Below, piece after piece: positions 1 through 13,066 of a DNA stretch of 64,000 bases. The first letter of the stretch is position 1. Each line of letters starts with the position of its first letter. The notes beneath the pieces were generated by a model that searched no databases, was not told the DNA's origin, and worked only from the letters and a program-made list of their open reading frames with translations. Source of the stretch: Octopus sinensis. Taxonomy: Eukaryota. The position numbers were made by a program, and so were the translations under genes. The DNA is taken from contig NC_043020.1 in the NCBI RefSeq assembly GCF_006345805.1, forward strand, positions 248,001 to 312,000, read 5' to 3'.

Positions 1-318
1 GCTATATCTTGAGTGGGTCATTATGCCAATAACAAACACATACACACTAGTTTTATTTCACTTATTTTTAATATTACTAGTCAATTTATTAAACACTTAT
101 ATATTTGATTGTTTGATTAATTGTTCAGTCAATTAGTTAACCAGCTAGGTTTGTCAAAATCATTTCATTGCTATATTCGCATCCTCATGAATGACAGGTC
201 CTCTAGCAGGTCTGGAGTAGAGAGAGAGATTGGTTTGTTTACATAGATGTATTTACTTAAGAAACATCATAACTTGCAGTGCTGGTTCTGAATTTTATAG
301 AAAATCTATAAACTTAAA

Positions 319-384
<66 letters not shown>

Positions 385-394
385 GTATATATAT

Positions 395-600
395 CCCTGC
401 ATACCTCACTTCTATTTTCATTCCTCCACTTCACTCTCTATTTCATATCTTATCTAGACTAACTATTGCTTAACCATTCTCTCACACTGTCTCCGATGAA
501 GGGATATATAAAATATCCCTGAAACAGCTGTAGATCTTCTATTTATAAATGTTCTGAAATCTTTCACAGCCTTGGATTTTTATCTCATTCTGTTAATTTT
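395..600 (+). mobile_element. Penelope-like terminal-repeat relic carrying a hammerhead-like motif
   Basis: Pyrimidine-rich segment between (TA/CA)n tracts containing the hammerhead-like core at 488-537. PLE assignment is inferred from the known PLE-hammerhead association. Confidence 0.45.
488..537 (+). ncRNA. Minimal type-I hammerhead ribozyme-like motif (degenerate)
   Basis: CCGATGA (493-499), perfect 8-bp stem II AGGGATAT/ATATCCCT (500-520), GAAAC, palindromic AGCT, GTA cleavage triplet. U4 is C and stem I is weak. Confidence 0.55.
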
Positions 601-610
601 TATATGTGTG

Positions 611-642
<32 letters not shown>

Positions 643-1506
643 TATGTGTGTGTATATAGGGGCGCGGTTGACCGGGCTTCCCGAGGCATATTTAAATAGG
701 CTACATACAACAATTTTGAATAAATTGCTTTAAATGTTGCTGCCACTTCTAAGTTGGTTCAGAAGTGTTGAATCACTTAAAATTGTTGCATCCAGGCAAT
801 TTTAGAAGTTGATTTAGATTGACAATCATGTAAAAATGTGCAAATTTCCAATGTAAAATGAAATTTTAATCTGACACTTTTTTTTGTTGCTCTTTGAAAA
901 AAATTTTCTGAGTAAACATACTGTCATTAGAAATTCTGTACTAATTTACATAATTACTCTAAATTAATTATTTTTCTAATCAGTAACTAATATTTCATTT
1001 TTAGTGTATTTAATTTATTTAAGAATTAATAATAAAATAAGAATTTCCCTTTTTTTTTTTTTCCTTCTTTAGAATTCGTCAGAAAAAGTCACGGAGTGTA
1101 TGACCTTTTCTTCGAAAAGATGTGCCATCAACCCATGAGGACTCTGACTTGTCACAGATGGCACACCTATAGATTGACCAATAGAAATATAGATGCGCAT
1201 ATGTATGTGTGTGTGTGTGTGTGAGTTGTTTCTTGGTGAATTTTCAGATCTATATATACATATTTATGAATGAGGTTTACAGTTGTGCATCAGCTTTAGT
1301 ATACTAATTTCCACATGCACACTGTGATGTATGTATATAAATACAAACGTCTACAACTATATACATGATCGTCTTCATCATTTTCACACCCCTTTTTTCC
1401 ACATATACATACATACATATACAGTGTGAGTGTGTATGTCTGTATATATATATATATATAGATAGATAGATAGATAGATATAGATATATACACACACACA
1501 CACATG

Positions 1507-1539
<33 letters not shown>

Positions 1540-2100
1540 GTATGTATGTATGTATGTAAGTATGTATGTATGTATGTAAGTATGTATGTATATAGCTAGA
1601 TAGATGGATAAACGTGTTTGTATATGTATGTATATATATATATGTATGTATGTATGTATAGCTAGATAGATGGATAAATGTGTTTGTATATGTGTGTATA
1701 TATGGTCATAAACATATGGTTACATTTGCAAAACAAACATATCATATGCACACATGATTAAATATATCAATACACCACACACGTACACACAGCTAGAGGC
1801 CCTTAGGTACACACATGCACCCTATATATATATATATTTGTTATGTGAACCCATAGGTCAATGAGTTCAGGAAAATGTTGTTTCATTTCCGCCCTGTTGT
1901 TTCTCTTTCTCTACACCTATCTATTTCCCTCTCACTGTTTCTCTTATTCTTACATCTGATTCTCTCTCTTTTTCTCTCTCTCTCCCTCTCTTTCATGTCA
2001 ACTATAATTCAACTAATCCTGAATCGTATGCGCTTACACATACAGTGAGTTATATATGCACACACATAGACTCTTTGTGTGTGTGTGTGTGTGTATATAT

Positions 2101-2471
2101 ACTCTTTTACTTGTTTCAGTCATTTGACTGCGGCCATGCTGGATCACCGCCTTTAGTCGAGCAAATCGACCCCGGGACTTATTCTTTTGTAAGCCCAGTA
2201 CTTATTCTATCGGTCTCTTTTGCCGAACCGCTAAGTGACGGGGACGTAAACACACCAGCATCGGTTGTCAAGCAATGCTAGGGGGACAAACACAGACACA
2301 CAAACACACACACACACACATATATATATACATATATACGACAGGCTTCTTTCAGTTTCCATCTACCAAATCCACTCAGAAGACATTTGCCCAAGATGCC
2401 ACGCAGTGGGACTGAACCCAGAACCATGTTGTTGGTTAGCAAGCTACTTACCACACAGTCACTCCTGCGCC
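2101..2471 (-). mobile_element. tRNA-head CORE-like SINE, full length, young
   Basis: Minus strand reads GGCGCAGGAGTGACTGTGTGG (A box), GGTTCAGTCCC (B box), TTGGGCAAAT core, central (TA)/(TG)n, tail ending GAAACAAGTAAAAGAG. Near-identical copies at 45838, 51613 and 53340. Confidence 0.9.
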
Positions 2472-2574
2472 CATTTATATTTATATATGCACACACACAC
2501 CTCTCACTCTTAATGGCAGTGCCTTAATATGGCCATAGTCTCTAGCTGAAACCCAAAAGAAATATATATGGAAT

Positions 2575-2672
2575 CAGGTGTGGCTCTTGGCCTTGCTGGC
2601 TCCTGTCAAACCATCAAACCCATGCCAGCATAGAAAATGGACGTGAAAGGATGATGAGGATGATGGTGATGA
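2575..2672 (+). mobile_element. RTE-type 3' tail fragment
   Basis: CCCATGCCAGCATAGAAAATGGACGTGAAAGGATGATGA matches the recurrent RTE-like tail seen elsewhere in the window. Confidence 0.6.
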
Positions 2673-4826
2673 GTCTCCAATTATTTTTTGACTTTTGTTT
2701 TAGCCTTTTATATCAAGAATAAAGGGCAGTGCTGATGACCCTTCGCAGGGCCTCCAAGATTTGAGGAGGGGGAGGAGGGAGGAGGAAAGCAACCTCAATT
2801 TGGAGATCTTGCCTTATTGCTTGCAACTGTTGGACTCCAAGGTACCTAAGTACCAGATGGTGATGTTAAGCAGGGTGACAGATTAAGTCTACCTTCTGAG
2901 ATTGTCTAGCACATCCAAGATTTCTTATGTTGTGTTTCTTTAGGTATGTATTTGGGTAACCATGTATTACCTCTACATCAAAACACCCGTTTATGTTGCT
3001 TCTTTCATAATCTAGCCTTGCAGCATGAGGCACAATGCCACCTTATTAATACTGCACTCCGCTCTGTTAAGGAATCTTGTCTTGTGAGTTACATGGTAAG
3101 CTCACAAGTGTTGGTGCCTACAAAAGTGCACCATAGTAACGTTGCCATTGCAGACATTGGAGACTATCGCAACCATTAGGCAAATCGTATCCTGCCAAAA
3201 TGTCCAAGCCATGTCTGCATGGAATGTAAATTTGAAACGATGATGGTGTGTTGTTTCACCAAATATGGAAGAAAAAGCCATTTTTTTTCTTATTTTACAT
3301 GATTTTTTCCCAATTATTTCCCTTTATGCCTATATGGACTTTGCCCTTCACATTTAGTGATACTGAAAAGAAATAAAATACCAGACAAACTACTATTGGG
3401 TTCAGCAGAATTAGCTAAAAAGAGTACTTTAAAGGCAGTATATTCTAGCATGGCTACAGTCTAATGAGTGAAAGTACTAAAACAATATACATTATGAGCT
3501 GGAAAATATATGTAAGATATTGTCTTCAATGAATATAATCCAAGCAAAATATTCTTATTTTCTCATAAAGCCACAACTGATCTTCATCCTAAGATACCAT
3601 TGTATTATCTTGACATAGAAAATGAACTAAAACTGACAAGTTTAAAACAAAACAAAGACAATGTAAGAAATCTTGACCAATTCGTTCAGGAAAATATTCC
3701 ATTCTCCTTATAATAGAAATTTAATTATTCATTTTGCTAAGCACTGTTTACTTTCCATTTGATAAGCTACGTGTTTTGTTTTGCTTGTTATATTCTTCTC
3801 CTCTCTCTCTCTCTCTCTCTCTCTGTTTGCCTGTTTTGTGAATAGGCTGATAGCTTTTGTTATTGAAATAAAACAAGTGATAGACAAGAGGAAGGAAGAT
3901 GAGGAAGATGGAGTTAGTTCTGTTGCAGCATTTATTTCTCTGTGGATTTGCATTTCGTACGTACTCTTCTGTGAACTTATCGGATTTAAGATTTGTTTAA
4001 TTGACGAGAAATTCCTAAAAGCCTGATTAACCAACCGGTAAATGAATTCTAAAGTTTCAAAGTATATCTATTTTCCCTTGCATTTTTGAAAAATTCGAAC
4101 ATCTCATTTTCTCACTCTCTTCTTGGAGGTCAATAAAATAAAGCATCGATCGCATACCAAAGTTGATTAAATCGATTACACCCTTCCCTGAAAATCGTAG
4201 CCTGTGCTTATGTTAGAAATTCACATTATTCGAGCTTTCTCAGTAATTTGTGCGTGTGCTCTTCTTGAAGATATCGTGTCTCATTTTTATTTTCTATGCA
4301 AAAGATTTATGGTAGCATATGTCACTGGAATGAATGCTCTTCCTGAAACTAACTAGATAAAAATTGATTCTAAAGCATTTTTCAAGAAGATTCTGTCATG
4401 GTGGTGAAAATATATTGCGAACATGAAAGCATTAGTAAAGAATGTTTGTAGTTGTTAGTCATGTGTAGATTTATTTATTCTGGAAATGATTTGCGGCAGC
4501 AGGTGAAAACCTAACCATAAATTTCTGTTGTTAAGAGACAGCTGGTACCAGATGTATTGAAGCTACTTGGAAATTTCAATTACTCCTGCAAATTTATTTT
4601 TACTGCTGAGTTTAATCAGTAGTTAGTAATGGAAAGAATGTTTCTTATTTGCTGTAGTTTAACATAATTGATCTAAAAACTGTTTTTTTTACTTGTTTCA
4701 ATCATTTGGTTGTGGTTATGCTGGGGCATTACTTTGAAAGGTTTGCTCATACAAAAACCACTCCTACACTAGTTCGTAAGTGCCAGAGAGAGCAAATGCA
4801 TGCACACATACACCTATCTACCTGTC

Positions 4827-4866
<40 letters not shown>

Positions 4867-5021
4867 AATACAGGATAAAATTTTTCGAAAAATTTTTTAT
4901 CAATGACCAGCATATTAAAAAATACCTTTAAAGGTTAAATTTATAAACAACTTATAAACAAGGGCAAAAGAAAAAAACAATTCTAATGCCATAGAAGTTG
5001 TATATATACATATATATATAT

Positions 5022-5195
5022 ACAGGGAGAGTTTACGAAAAAAAACAGAAGACGAAGACAGGTGGTATACAAAACAAACAGATGTATTAGTATAACACTC
5101 TGGAATAGAAAAAGTCTTATACGTTTCGAGCCTACGCTCTTCTACAGAAAGGGACACAGAAAAAACAAGGAGAGAAAAAAATGTGTGTAGCGGAT
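5022..5195 (-). mobile_element. Penelope-like repeat with hammerhead-like motif (copy 1)
   Basis: Reverse complement of 50215-50420. Motif CTGTAGA-A-GAGC-GTAG-GCTC-GAAACGTA at 5115-5151 on the minus strand. Confidence 0.6.
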
Positions 5196-5910
5196 GCAAC
5201 TCTAGCACTCGGTATAAATTTAGTAAAGTGAATGTGTATTTGCAAACTGATTTAATTTCTACTAACACTGACATCAAGTATGTAATTTCAGCCAATAACT
5301 TGGGCTCCTTTTATTGAGCCTGGTCACAGTTCATTTATTTTTGTTCATCATCTGGTGGTGTCTTAGAAGTACCTTGTGACAAAAAAATATCATTTGTAAC
5401 AGACATTCTCTCCACATCGTTCACATGCACCTGACTTGGACTCAGTAGTTACAGCCTGAGTTGTTATCTATAATCACATAAATTAAAATGAATTCACATT
5501 CAGTGTTTTCTTGAAACAATAAATTTCTATGAAAAGTTTCTGTTCTAGAATATTCTTAAAGGAATGAAAATTTATCCAGCAACTCAGGCTAATATGAATG
5601 AGCCTAATAGGTGTAAAAAAATTAACTGGCATCTCTGTCAAGAGTACAGGTGACAGTTAGATTGCTGATGTTGTTGTGCACTCTGTTGGTGTTATTTGAT
5701 TGCTGTTGTTCTGTGCATCAGTTGTGTTTTGCAGGGTTGCTTTATTTTAACCCTTGACTTAGAAATGGAGAAAGACATAGTGCTAGATATATATAAAATA
5801 AGCCATTTAGGGCTAGAAATAAAGCGGAAGAAAGTGAAATTGTTCAAGCAGGCATGTGTCTTATGTGAAATCTGTGATGAACCTGAGTGATGCTGATGAC
5901 ATGGAGTCAC

Positions 5911-5951
<41 letters not shown>

Positions 5952-5980
5952 AGAGAGAGAGAGAAAGAAAGAGAGAGATA

Positions 5981-6867
5981 CAGGGTGTGGTGAATAAACT
6001 ATCATCTAAATTATGCAAAAATGAAAATAACACTGTCAACTCTTTTAAACATATATTTACCAAAATTACCTAAAAAATATCTTGAAATACTAAAATGTAA
6101 ATTTATTTGCCATTGCCTTCAACCATGGCTTCCAGCCGACTTTGGAATTTCCTAAAACTCTTCTGGATAGTCTCCTTGTTTAAGTTGGTGAATGCTGCCA
6201 TAATCCTTGCCTTCAGTTTATCTAGGGTGTTACAAAGAGTTTTGTTGGTCTCTCACTCAACTGTGCCCCACACATAATAATCAAGGTGGTTGCAGACTGG
6301 GGAGTTAGGTGGCCAAATGTTAATGGTCGTGTGGTTACAGAAATTGTCTGACAGCCATGACTGGGTTCTCTTGCTTGTGTGGCATGGTGCAGAGTCCTGT
6401 TGCCAAACATAGGGTCTTCCAGCAGCCCCCCCCCCTTTTGACCTAGGGTAGCTCTACCTCCTCCAGGCACTTGACGTAGGCCTCTGTGTTGACTATGAGG
6501 CCATGTGGGAAGATGAATGGAGGCATAATGTCATCATCACTTGTGATCACTCCAAACACCATGAAGTTGACTGGATGTTTGATTTTTATCACTCTCGGTA
6601 CATGTTTTGGGGACACAGCAAGTCCCTAGATTGACACCCAAATATTTTTAAATGTTCATATTAGAGCTTCCAGTGTGAATGCCAAGCAGTACAACATGTC
6701 GTTTCCAAATTTCTGGCTGAATGAATTGCATCTTGGTGCTGTTTTTCTCATAGACAGTGCCCAACTGATCCTACTATACTGTGTATTTTTGACAAAATCA
6801 AAAACAAGCAATGTGCATGCACAAAATTAAAAATATAAAATTGTGACAATTTATCCATCACACCCTA
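5981..6867 (-). mobile_element. Internally deleted Tc1/mariner element, DD37D (maT) type, pseudogenised transposase
   Basis: TA|CAGGGTGTGGTGAATAAA at the left end and inverted TTTATCCATCACACCCT at the right end. Minus strand translates QPEIWKRHVVLLGIHTGSS (N-term) and YVWQQDSAPCH...WPPNSPVCNHLDYYVWG with 37 residues between the last two catalytic Asp. In-frame stops present. Confidence 0.85.
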
Positions 6868-6909
6868 CACACACACACACACTCATATATATGTATAGAC
6901 ATAAGTAAT

Positions 6910-7070
6910 GGTCTTCCACGCAGTTTCTATGTACCAAGTTCACTCACAAAGTATTGGTTGGCCCAGGTGTATAGTAAAAGACATTTGCTCAAGTTGCCTC
7001 ACAGTGTAACTGAACTCAAAACCATGTGGTTGCAAAGTGAACTTCTTAATCTCACAGCCATGCTTGCACT
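6910..7070 (-). mobile_element. CORE-like SINE 5' half, diverged
   Basis: Diverged match to the SINE head (AACCATGTGGTTG...CACAGCCATG on plus). Confidence 0.7.
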
Positions 7071-7984
7071 ATATATACACAAACATCAAATCACTTCAAA
7101 CATGAACTAAGATGGCAGTAGAATTATATGATAGACAACAGGAATCTTGTAAAGAAAAAAAAAAAAGCCATCATGGAAAGTTTGTGATAGAAAAACATAC
7201 ATACACAAAAATGCACGCATGTTGTTGAACAGCTATTTAAAAAGAAAAGTCTTGATAGTTAAACGAACTGAGTAGTTGTTGGACAGTGAAGAAGCTTATT
7301 ATTGGATCAATACCATATCTCTTACAATTTTTTTCTGGTCAACTAAAAAAAATAAATTTAAAAAAAAAATGTTGCAAAAATTACATCAACAACATGGCAT
7401 TAATTACTATCACAATTTTCCCCACTTTTTTAATTTTTATTTTTACTTCAAAAGTCTGGTTGATCGTAGCAATCAGTTTAGGGGGTAAAGTTTTAGCTTA
7501 GCTGCCTTCGTTAATCAATGACTTTAATCATGTTAATGGATCTAATTTACAAAGCTGAATCTGATCTCCATAAGTGGTTGCTAATTTATAATGGGTGTTA
7601 AAATCTTAAATGTCTATATTCTCTTTGTGTGTGCTTTTACATGTTACTTGTGATTAATGCAGGCGATATTCTGAATGGTTCTCTTCATATTCCTCTTACT
7701 CGATTCTGTCTTCCGTAGCCCCATCTTTTCCTTACACTTTTTTCTCATTCTCTTCCTTCATCTTTCACCCCCCACCCTTCTCTCTTATTTAATGTTACCA
7801 GTTAATTACATTAAACTAATTTAATTGCTACCCACCTCTCTTAAATTAAATGTCTAGTTTTATAATGCACACACTCACACATACATATTTACATGCATCA
7901 GTCTGTCTATATATTGTATATGTGTGTATGAATACATGTGTGCGTGTGTGTACATACATGCACACACATTTTTTATATATACAC

Positions 7985-8140
7985 AAGAATGGCTATGTGG
8001 TAAGAAGCTTGCTTCCGAACCACATGGTTTCGGGTTTAGTCTCACTGTGCGGCACTTGGGCAACTGCCTTCTGCTATGACCCCAGGTGGACAATATTTTG
8101 TGAGTGGATCTGGCTGATGGATACTGAAACAAGCCCATTA
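7985..8140 (+). mobile_element. CORE-like SINE 5' half
   Basis: TGGCTATGTGGTAAGAAGCTTGCTTCCGAACCACATGG...TTGGGCAACT. Confidence 0.75.
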
Positions 8141-8158
8141 TGTGTGTGTATATATATA

Positions 8159-8218
<60 letters not shown>

Positions 8219-8244
8219 TATATGTGTGTGTGTGTGTATTACTG

Positions 8245-8525
8245 TTTCTTTGCCCTGGGGGTCACCTGATAGTTGAGTGAGTGTTTCTGTCATGCAAGCA
8301 GTGGCCTTCATTTCCAATCTTCCATGGAAACCTGTCTGTTCATGCGGAAATATTACCTTACTTGGAAACAGGTGATGTTTGACAAGAGTAAGGGCATCCA
8401 GCATTAGAAACCAAGCCAAAATAGGCTCTGAAACCTGGTGTGGCTACTGGTCTTCCCAGTTCCTGTTGAACCATCCAACCCATGCCAGTATAGAAAACGC
8501 ATTAAATGTTTATGATGATGATGAT
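8245..8525 (+). mobile_element. RTE-tailed retroposon fragment
   Basis: AAGGGCATCCAGC...AACCCATGCCAGTATAGAAAACGCATTAAATG followed by (TGA)n. Confidence 0.7.
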
Positions 8526-9044
8526 AATATATGTATGAAATATATATATATATATAACATACATCACACAAAATGTATGTATCCACACACATACCTCCAT
8601 ATACAAAAAACTATATATATATTCACATTGTGTTATATATATATATACACACACACACACACATATATATAAATATAAAAATTAGAAAAAACCCCACCTT
8701 TTATCAATTCAAAATGAACAATTAAATTACACCATCTAGAAAATTACATATACGGTGGTGCATCAGCATGGCCGTAGCTCTGGGCTGAAACTTTAAGAAA
8801 AAGAAAAAAAATAGAAATATTAAAATTAAAATAACAGTAATATACCGATGATTAAGTAAATTGCAAAATAATAATAAAAACGTATATATGATTAAGCACC
8901 TTTACTGCTCTTCTATCCTATCTTCAAATTTACCTTGTACCTGAACCTCACATCTCCTTCTTCCTTTCTCTCTCCAGGTGGGCAATCCACGTATCCACCT
9001 GCTCTGCTCTTTCTTCTATAGTTTCTTATTTCTCCAGTTTTTTG

Positions 9045-9285
9045 CCAGCTCAGTTTAGGGTCTCGGTTTTATCTTGTGGGTACTTGATAACCTCACTGGT
9101 GCTGGTGCCACGTAAAAAGGCATCGGGCTCACTCTGTTTAGTGGTTGGCATTAAGAAGAGCATCTAGCTATAGAAACCATACCAAAGCAGACATAGAACC
9201 TGGCAGCACCTTCTGGCTCATCTGCTTTTGTCAAACCATCCAATGCATGCCTGAATGGGGAAAAGGCCATTAAATGATGATGATA
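9045..9285 (+). mobile_element. RTE-type 3' tail
   Basis: GGTGCCACGTAAAAAGG...GGTTGGCATTAAGAAGAGCATC...TTAAATGATGATGA. Confidence 0.7.
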
Positions 9286-10068
9286 TATATATATATTATA
9301 TATATATATATATGTACACAAACAAACATATGACATATATGTAAAATATCATACATGCTTGCATATACATATATGAAGTATTGCTTGTGTGTGTGTATAT
9401 ATACACATACACTCACTTGTACTCACAACACACATGCACTCAAAACTTTTATGTATATAATGGGATTAATACATTGAAGTCAATAGCTTTATGTTCTATC
9501 ATACTGGGGGGAAAAAAAAAAGTTATCTCATTTAGATTTGGGTAAATAGAAACATTTAGAGTTCTAAGATGTAAGCAATTTAACTTGAGCAACTAATGTT
9601 TTTGCTGTGGTTGTTGTTAGTAGTTTCATCATCTCATCACTTTCTTTCTCTGCATTGTTTTAAGTATCCTTTCATTTATAGTTTAGGATTTTTATCTTTT
9701 GTTTCTCAAGCTTATTTCAGCGAGCATGAATTAATCAATTGATCGCTAACTTTTCGAGGGTAAAAAGTAAAAAAAAAAAAAGAAAATGTTTATTGGAAAT
9801 TCCATTGGTGAATCTGATCGCAACTTGAAAGCCGCACACGTACGTATATATGCAAGCAAGTGCGTGCATGTACATGCATGCACGCACGCACGCATGCGCA
9901 CACGTGTATGCACACATTCAAACAAAGACATTCGCGAAATGATTAAATGGATGAAAAATAGTCAGATAATAAAAAGTTTTGATTTAAGTTTAACAATTTT
10001 TTAAAAATAATATTCTCCCATTCCCTGTTCATTTTCTCCTGGCCCTTTCTCTCTCTCTCTCTCTGTCA

Positions 10069-10070
<2 letters not shown>

Positions 10071-10113
<43 letters not shown>

Positions 10114-10125
10114 ACACACACATAT

Positions 10126-10172
<47 letters not shown>

Positions 10173-10223
10173 TATATACTTATATATATATACATATATA
10201 TATATACTTATATATATATATAC

Positions 10224-10312
<89 letters not shown>
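10071..10312. repeat. (TA)n compound microsatellite
   Basis: Direct inspection. Confidence 0.95.
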
Positions 10313-10313
<1 letters not shown>

Positions 10314-10572
10314 CACGCACACATCCATATATACATACATGTGTGTATGTGTGGGATGTGTGTGTATGTATGGACATGTGTGTGCATTCGACATCTACAT
10401 ACATGCGTATATGTATTGTCTATCTCAGTTGCTTTGAGATCTTTTACAACTTGGAAAATGATATTACTTACTCAAATTTTTCAAGAAAGAAAGAAATATA
10501 GTCATTATAGCAATGACTTCCAGAAAGAAAAGCAAAATTTGGTCCATTATTAATAAATAAATGAATAAATAA

Positions 10573-10621
<49 letters not shown>

Positions 10622-11396
10622 TATTATTATCATTAATAAATATATACATATATATATGTTTATATACTTTTATACTCACACACATATGTGTATGTATGTG
10701 TGTCTCTCTCACTCTACATGTATGTTTGTTTGTGTGTGGAAGCATTTGTGTGTGTATATATATATCGGTATTTGTATATATATATTAGTGTGTGTGTATG
10801 TGTCACATTGCATGTGCATAAAAAAAAAATAGTCAATAAACAGTGATAACATATTTCATAGTCAGAACTTCGAAACTTTTATTAGATAAATTATAAATAT
10901 AAGATTTGTCTAAGAAACTGTGAGTGATGAAATACTTTTCTGTTTTTATTATCTTTCTTTATTTATTGTGTCTGTCTGTGTGTATATGTGCATGTGTTTT
11001 ATTTTGTTTCTTACCGGAGCACCCCACCCCCAACCCCCACCCACCCATCACTCAAAATAGCTATTTTAGTCGTTTGTATTCAAGAAGAAATTGGGGAAAA
11101 TTTTGAAATAATCTTGTTTTGGTAAATTGCTTGCCTTGATGTTCTGTTAATCCAATCTCGCTGCCCAGAGACTTAGTATATGTGATAAGAATGCAAAGCC
11201 ATGATTACAATATTATTACTATACATAGATTTATTCGGTTACTTATTTATACATCCATTCTACTAATTATTAAATCTTGATAAAAATTTGTAATCTCGGA
11301 AAACCAAACTCGATGCTTTATCTATCAAATCCGAAGCTGACTACTTTACTGTTGTGAATTCAAGATTTTGTTAATTTCATTAGAATAATTACCAGT

Positions 11397-11620
11397 GACT
11401 ACTACTACTACTACTACTACTATACTACTACTACTACTACTACCACCACTACCAACACCACCACTACCAACACCACCACTACCACCACCACTACCATCAC
11501 CACCACTACCACCACCACCACCACCACCACCACTACCACCACCACCACTACCACCACCACCACCATCACCACCACAATCACCACCACAACCACAACCACT
11601 ACTGCTGCTGCTGCTACTTA
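11397..11620. repeat. (ACT)n/(ACC)n trinucleotide tract
   Basis: Direct inspection. It is the source of the spurious poly-Pro ORF 11395-11745. Confidence 0.9.
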
Positions 11621-11622
11621 TT

Positions 11623-11850
11623 CAAGGCAGTGAGCTAGCAGTATCATTAGTACATTGGACAAAATGCCAAGTGACATTTTGTTCTTTACATTCTGAGTTC
11701 AAATTCTGCTGTGGTCAGCTTTGCATTTCATCCTTTCAGGGTTGATAAAATAAGTACCAGTCATGTACTGAGATCAGTGTAATTGAGTAACACCCTCCCC
11801 CAAAATGTCAGGCCTTGTGCCTATAGTAGAAAGGATTATTATTATTATTT
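11623..11850 (+). mobile_element. tRNA-head SINE with Nin/Deu-like central domain and (ATT)n tail
   Basis: AAGGCAGTGAGCTAGCAG head, GAGTTCAAATTC B box, TTTCATCCTTTCAGGGTTGATAAAATAAGTACCAG domain, tail GTAGAAAGGATTATTATT. Confidence 0.8.
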
Positions 11851-12845
11851 TTATTATTTATTTCATAATTTGTGTCTGATGGAATTTAGGTGGGTTTACT
11901 CTTGGTTAACAAGTCACCACCTGTGACCTCAACCACCCAAGAACTTTCAAATACTCTTCACTGTTCTTCAGCAAGCCACCCTTTTCTGCCCACTCTTTGA
12001 GCTTCTTTCCCACCTTTCCTAAGGCTCCAGTCTGCTTATCTCTGGTATATATCTACCTTTTTGATTTCATTCTCTTTTATTCTTGTATCAAACGAATAGG
12101 CCACATCAGTTATTTAGTAAGTCCATCCCTCTTCTTAAACACCAAGGTATCTGGTCTGTTATGTTCCAGGTCATAATCTGTTTGGATAGATAAGTTGCAA
12201 AGGAGCTTAACCTCATCATTTTTAGTGCTCATACCACTTGTGACCTGATGGAAGTCCATACTTCTTACACATTTCCCAGTGGATGATCTTTGCAACCTTA
12301 TCATGTCTCCAAGGTTTTTTACTGTTTTTGTGCAAATTTGGGACATTCATTTACTCTGCAGAGCACTGGTTTTTTTTCTTCATTCATTGCACAGCTTGTA
12401 CAATAGCAACAGGTTGAGTCCTGCCCTACATTTTGCACAAAAGATTAAATACTTTTCAAGTGCATTATCTATTGTTTGTCCTTCTCACTGTGTTTGTATT
12501 ACTTACTGCAAATCTTCAGTGATTTTATTAACATACTGATTGAGACTTTTCACTTCCATGTTCATACAATCTTCATCACTGATCAATCCCCTTCTTCCAT
12601 TTTTAGGTTTCATATATAACCTGTCCATATCTGCCCTTTTATGCAAAGCCTTGTATATTTTAATTTTTCAAGTTTTTCAATGAATATCTTGTAGTTTCTC
12701 TTTGTTCCATTTCACAAGGCCTGTCACATATTTCATAATTGATACAGCCCTCTGTTTTTGATAGAATCCAATTCTAAAATTCCTGAATACTCCTATCCTT
12801 GACTTTTTTCTAAACTTTTCATTCCTTGATTATTCGGTTGTTTAA

Positions 12846-13066
12846 CCCTTTCATTATTGTATTTCTGTTGAGATGCTCTGTGTTTCTTTCAATTAATTTT
12901 AAATATAACAAAGGATTTAGTAAAATAACTTAGTTATCATTAAGCTAGTGTTAGGAACATAAATTGTGACTAAGTTTTGGTGGAAGATTTTAATTCAAAA
13001 CTTAAGAAAACAAGATATTTGTACTCAGAGCTAGAGGCAGTTTTGGCCGGGTTGGTAATGAAAGGG
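12846..13066. mobile_element. piggyBac-type MITE family A (221 bp)
   Basis: TTAA|CCCTTTCATTA...TAATGAAAGGG|TTAA. It interrupts the LINE just downstream of the QGD motif. Confidence 0.85.

Noticed and set aside
657-700. Isolated GC-rich patch GGGGCGCGGTTGACCGGGCTTCCCGAGG
   Set aside because: No matching inverted end or second copy was found, so it is too little to call.
2045-2281. Recurrent ORF FDCGHAGAPPLVEQIDPG (also 45810, 51481, 53245)
   Set aside because: Antisense translation of the same SINE, not a gene family.
11395-11745. Proline-rich 116-aa ORF resembling formin or extensin
   Set aside because: It is an (ACT/ACC)n tract running into a SINE, with no splice or domain support.
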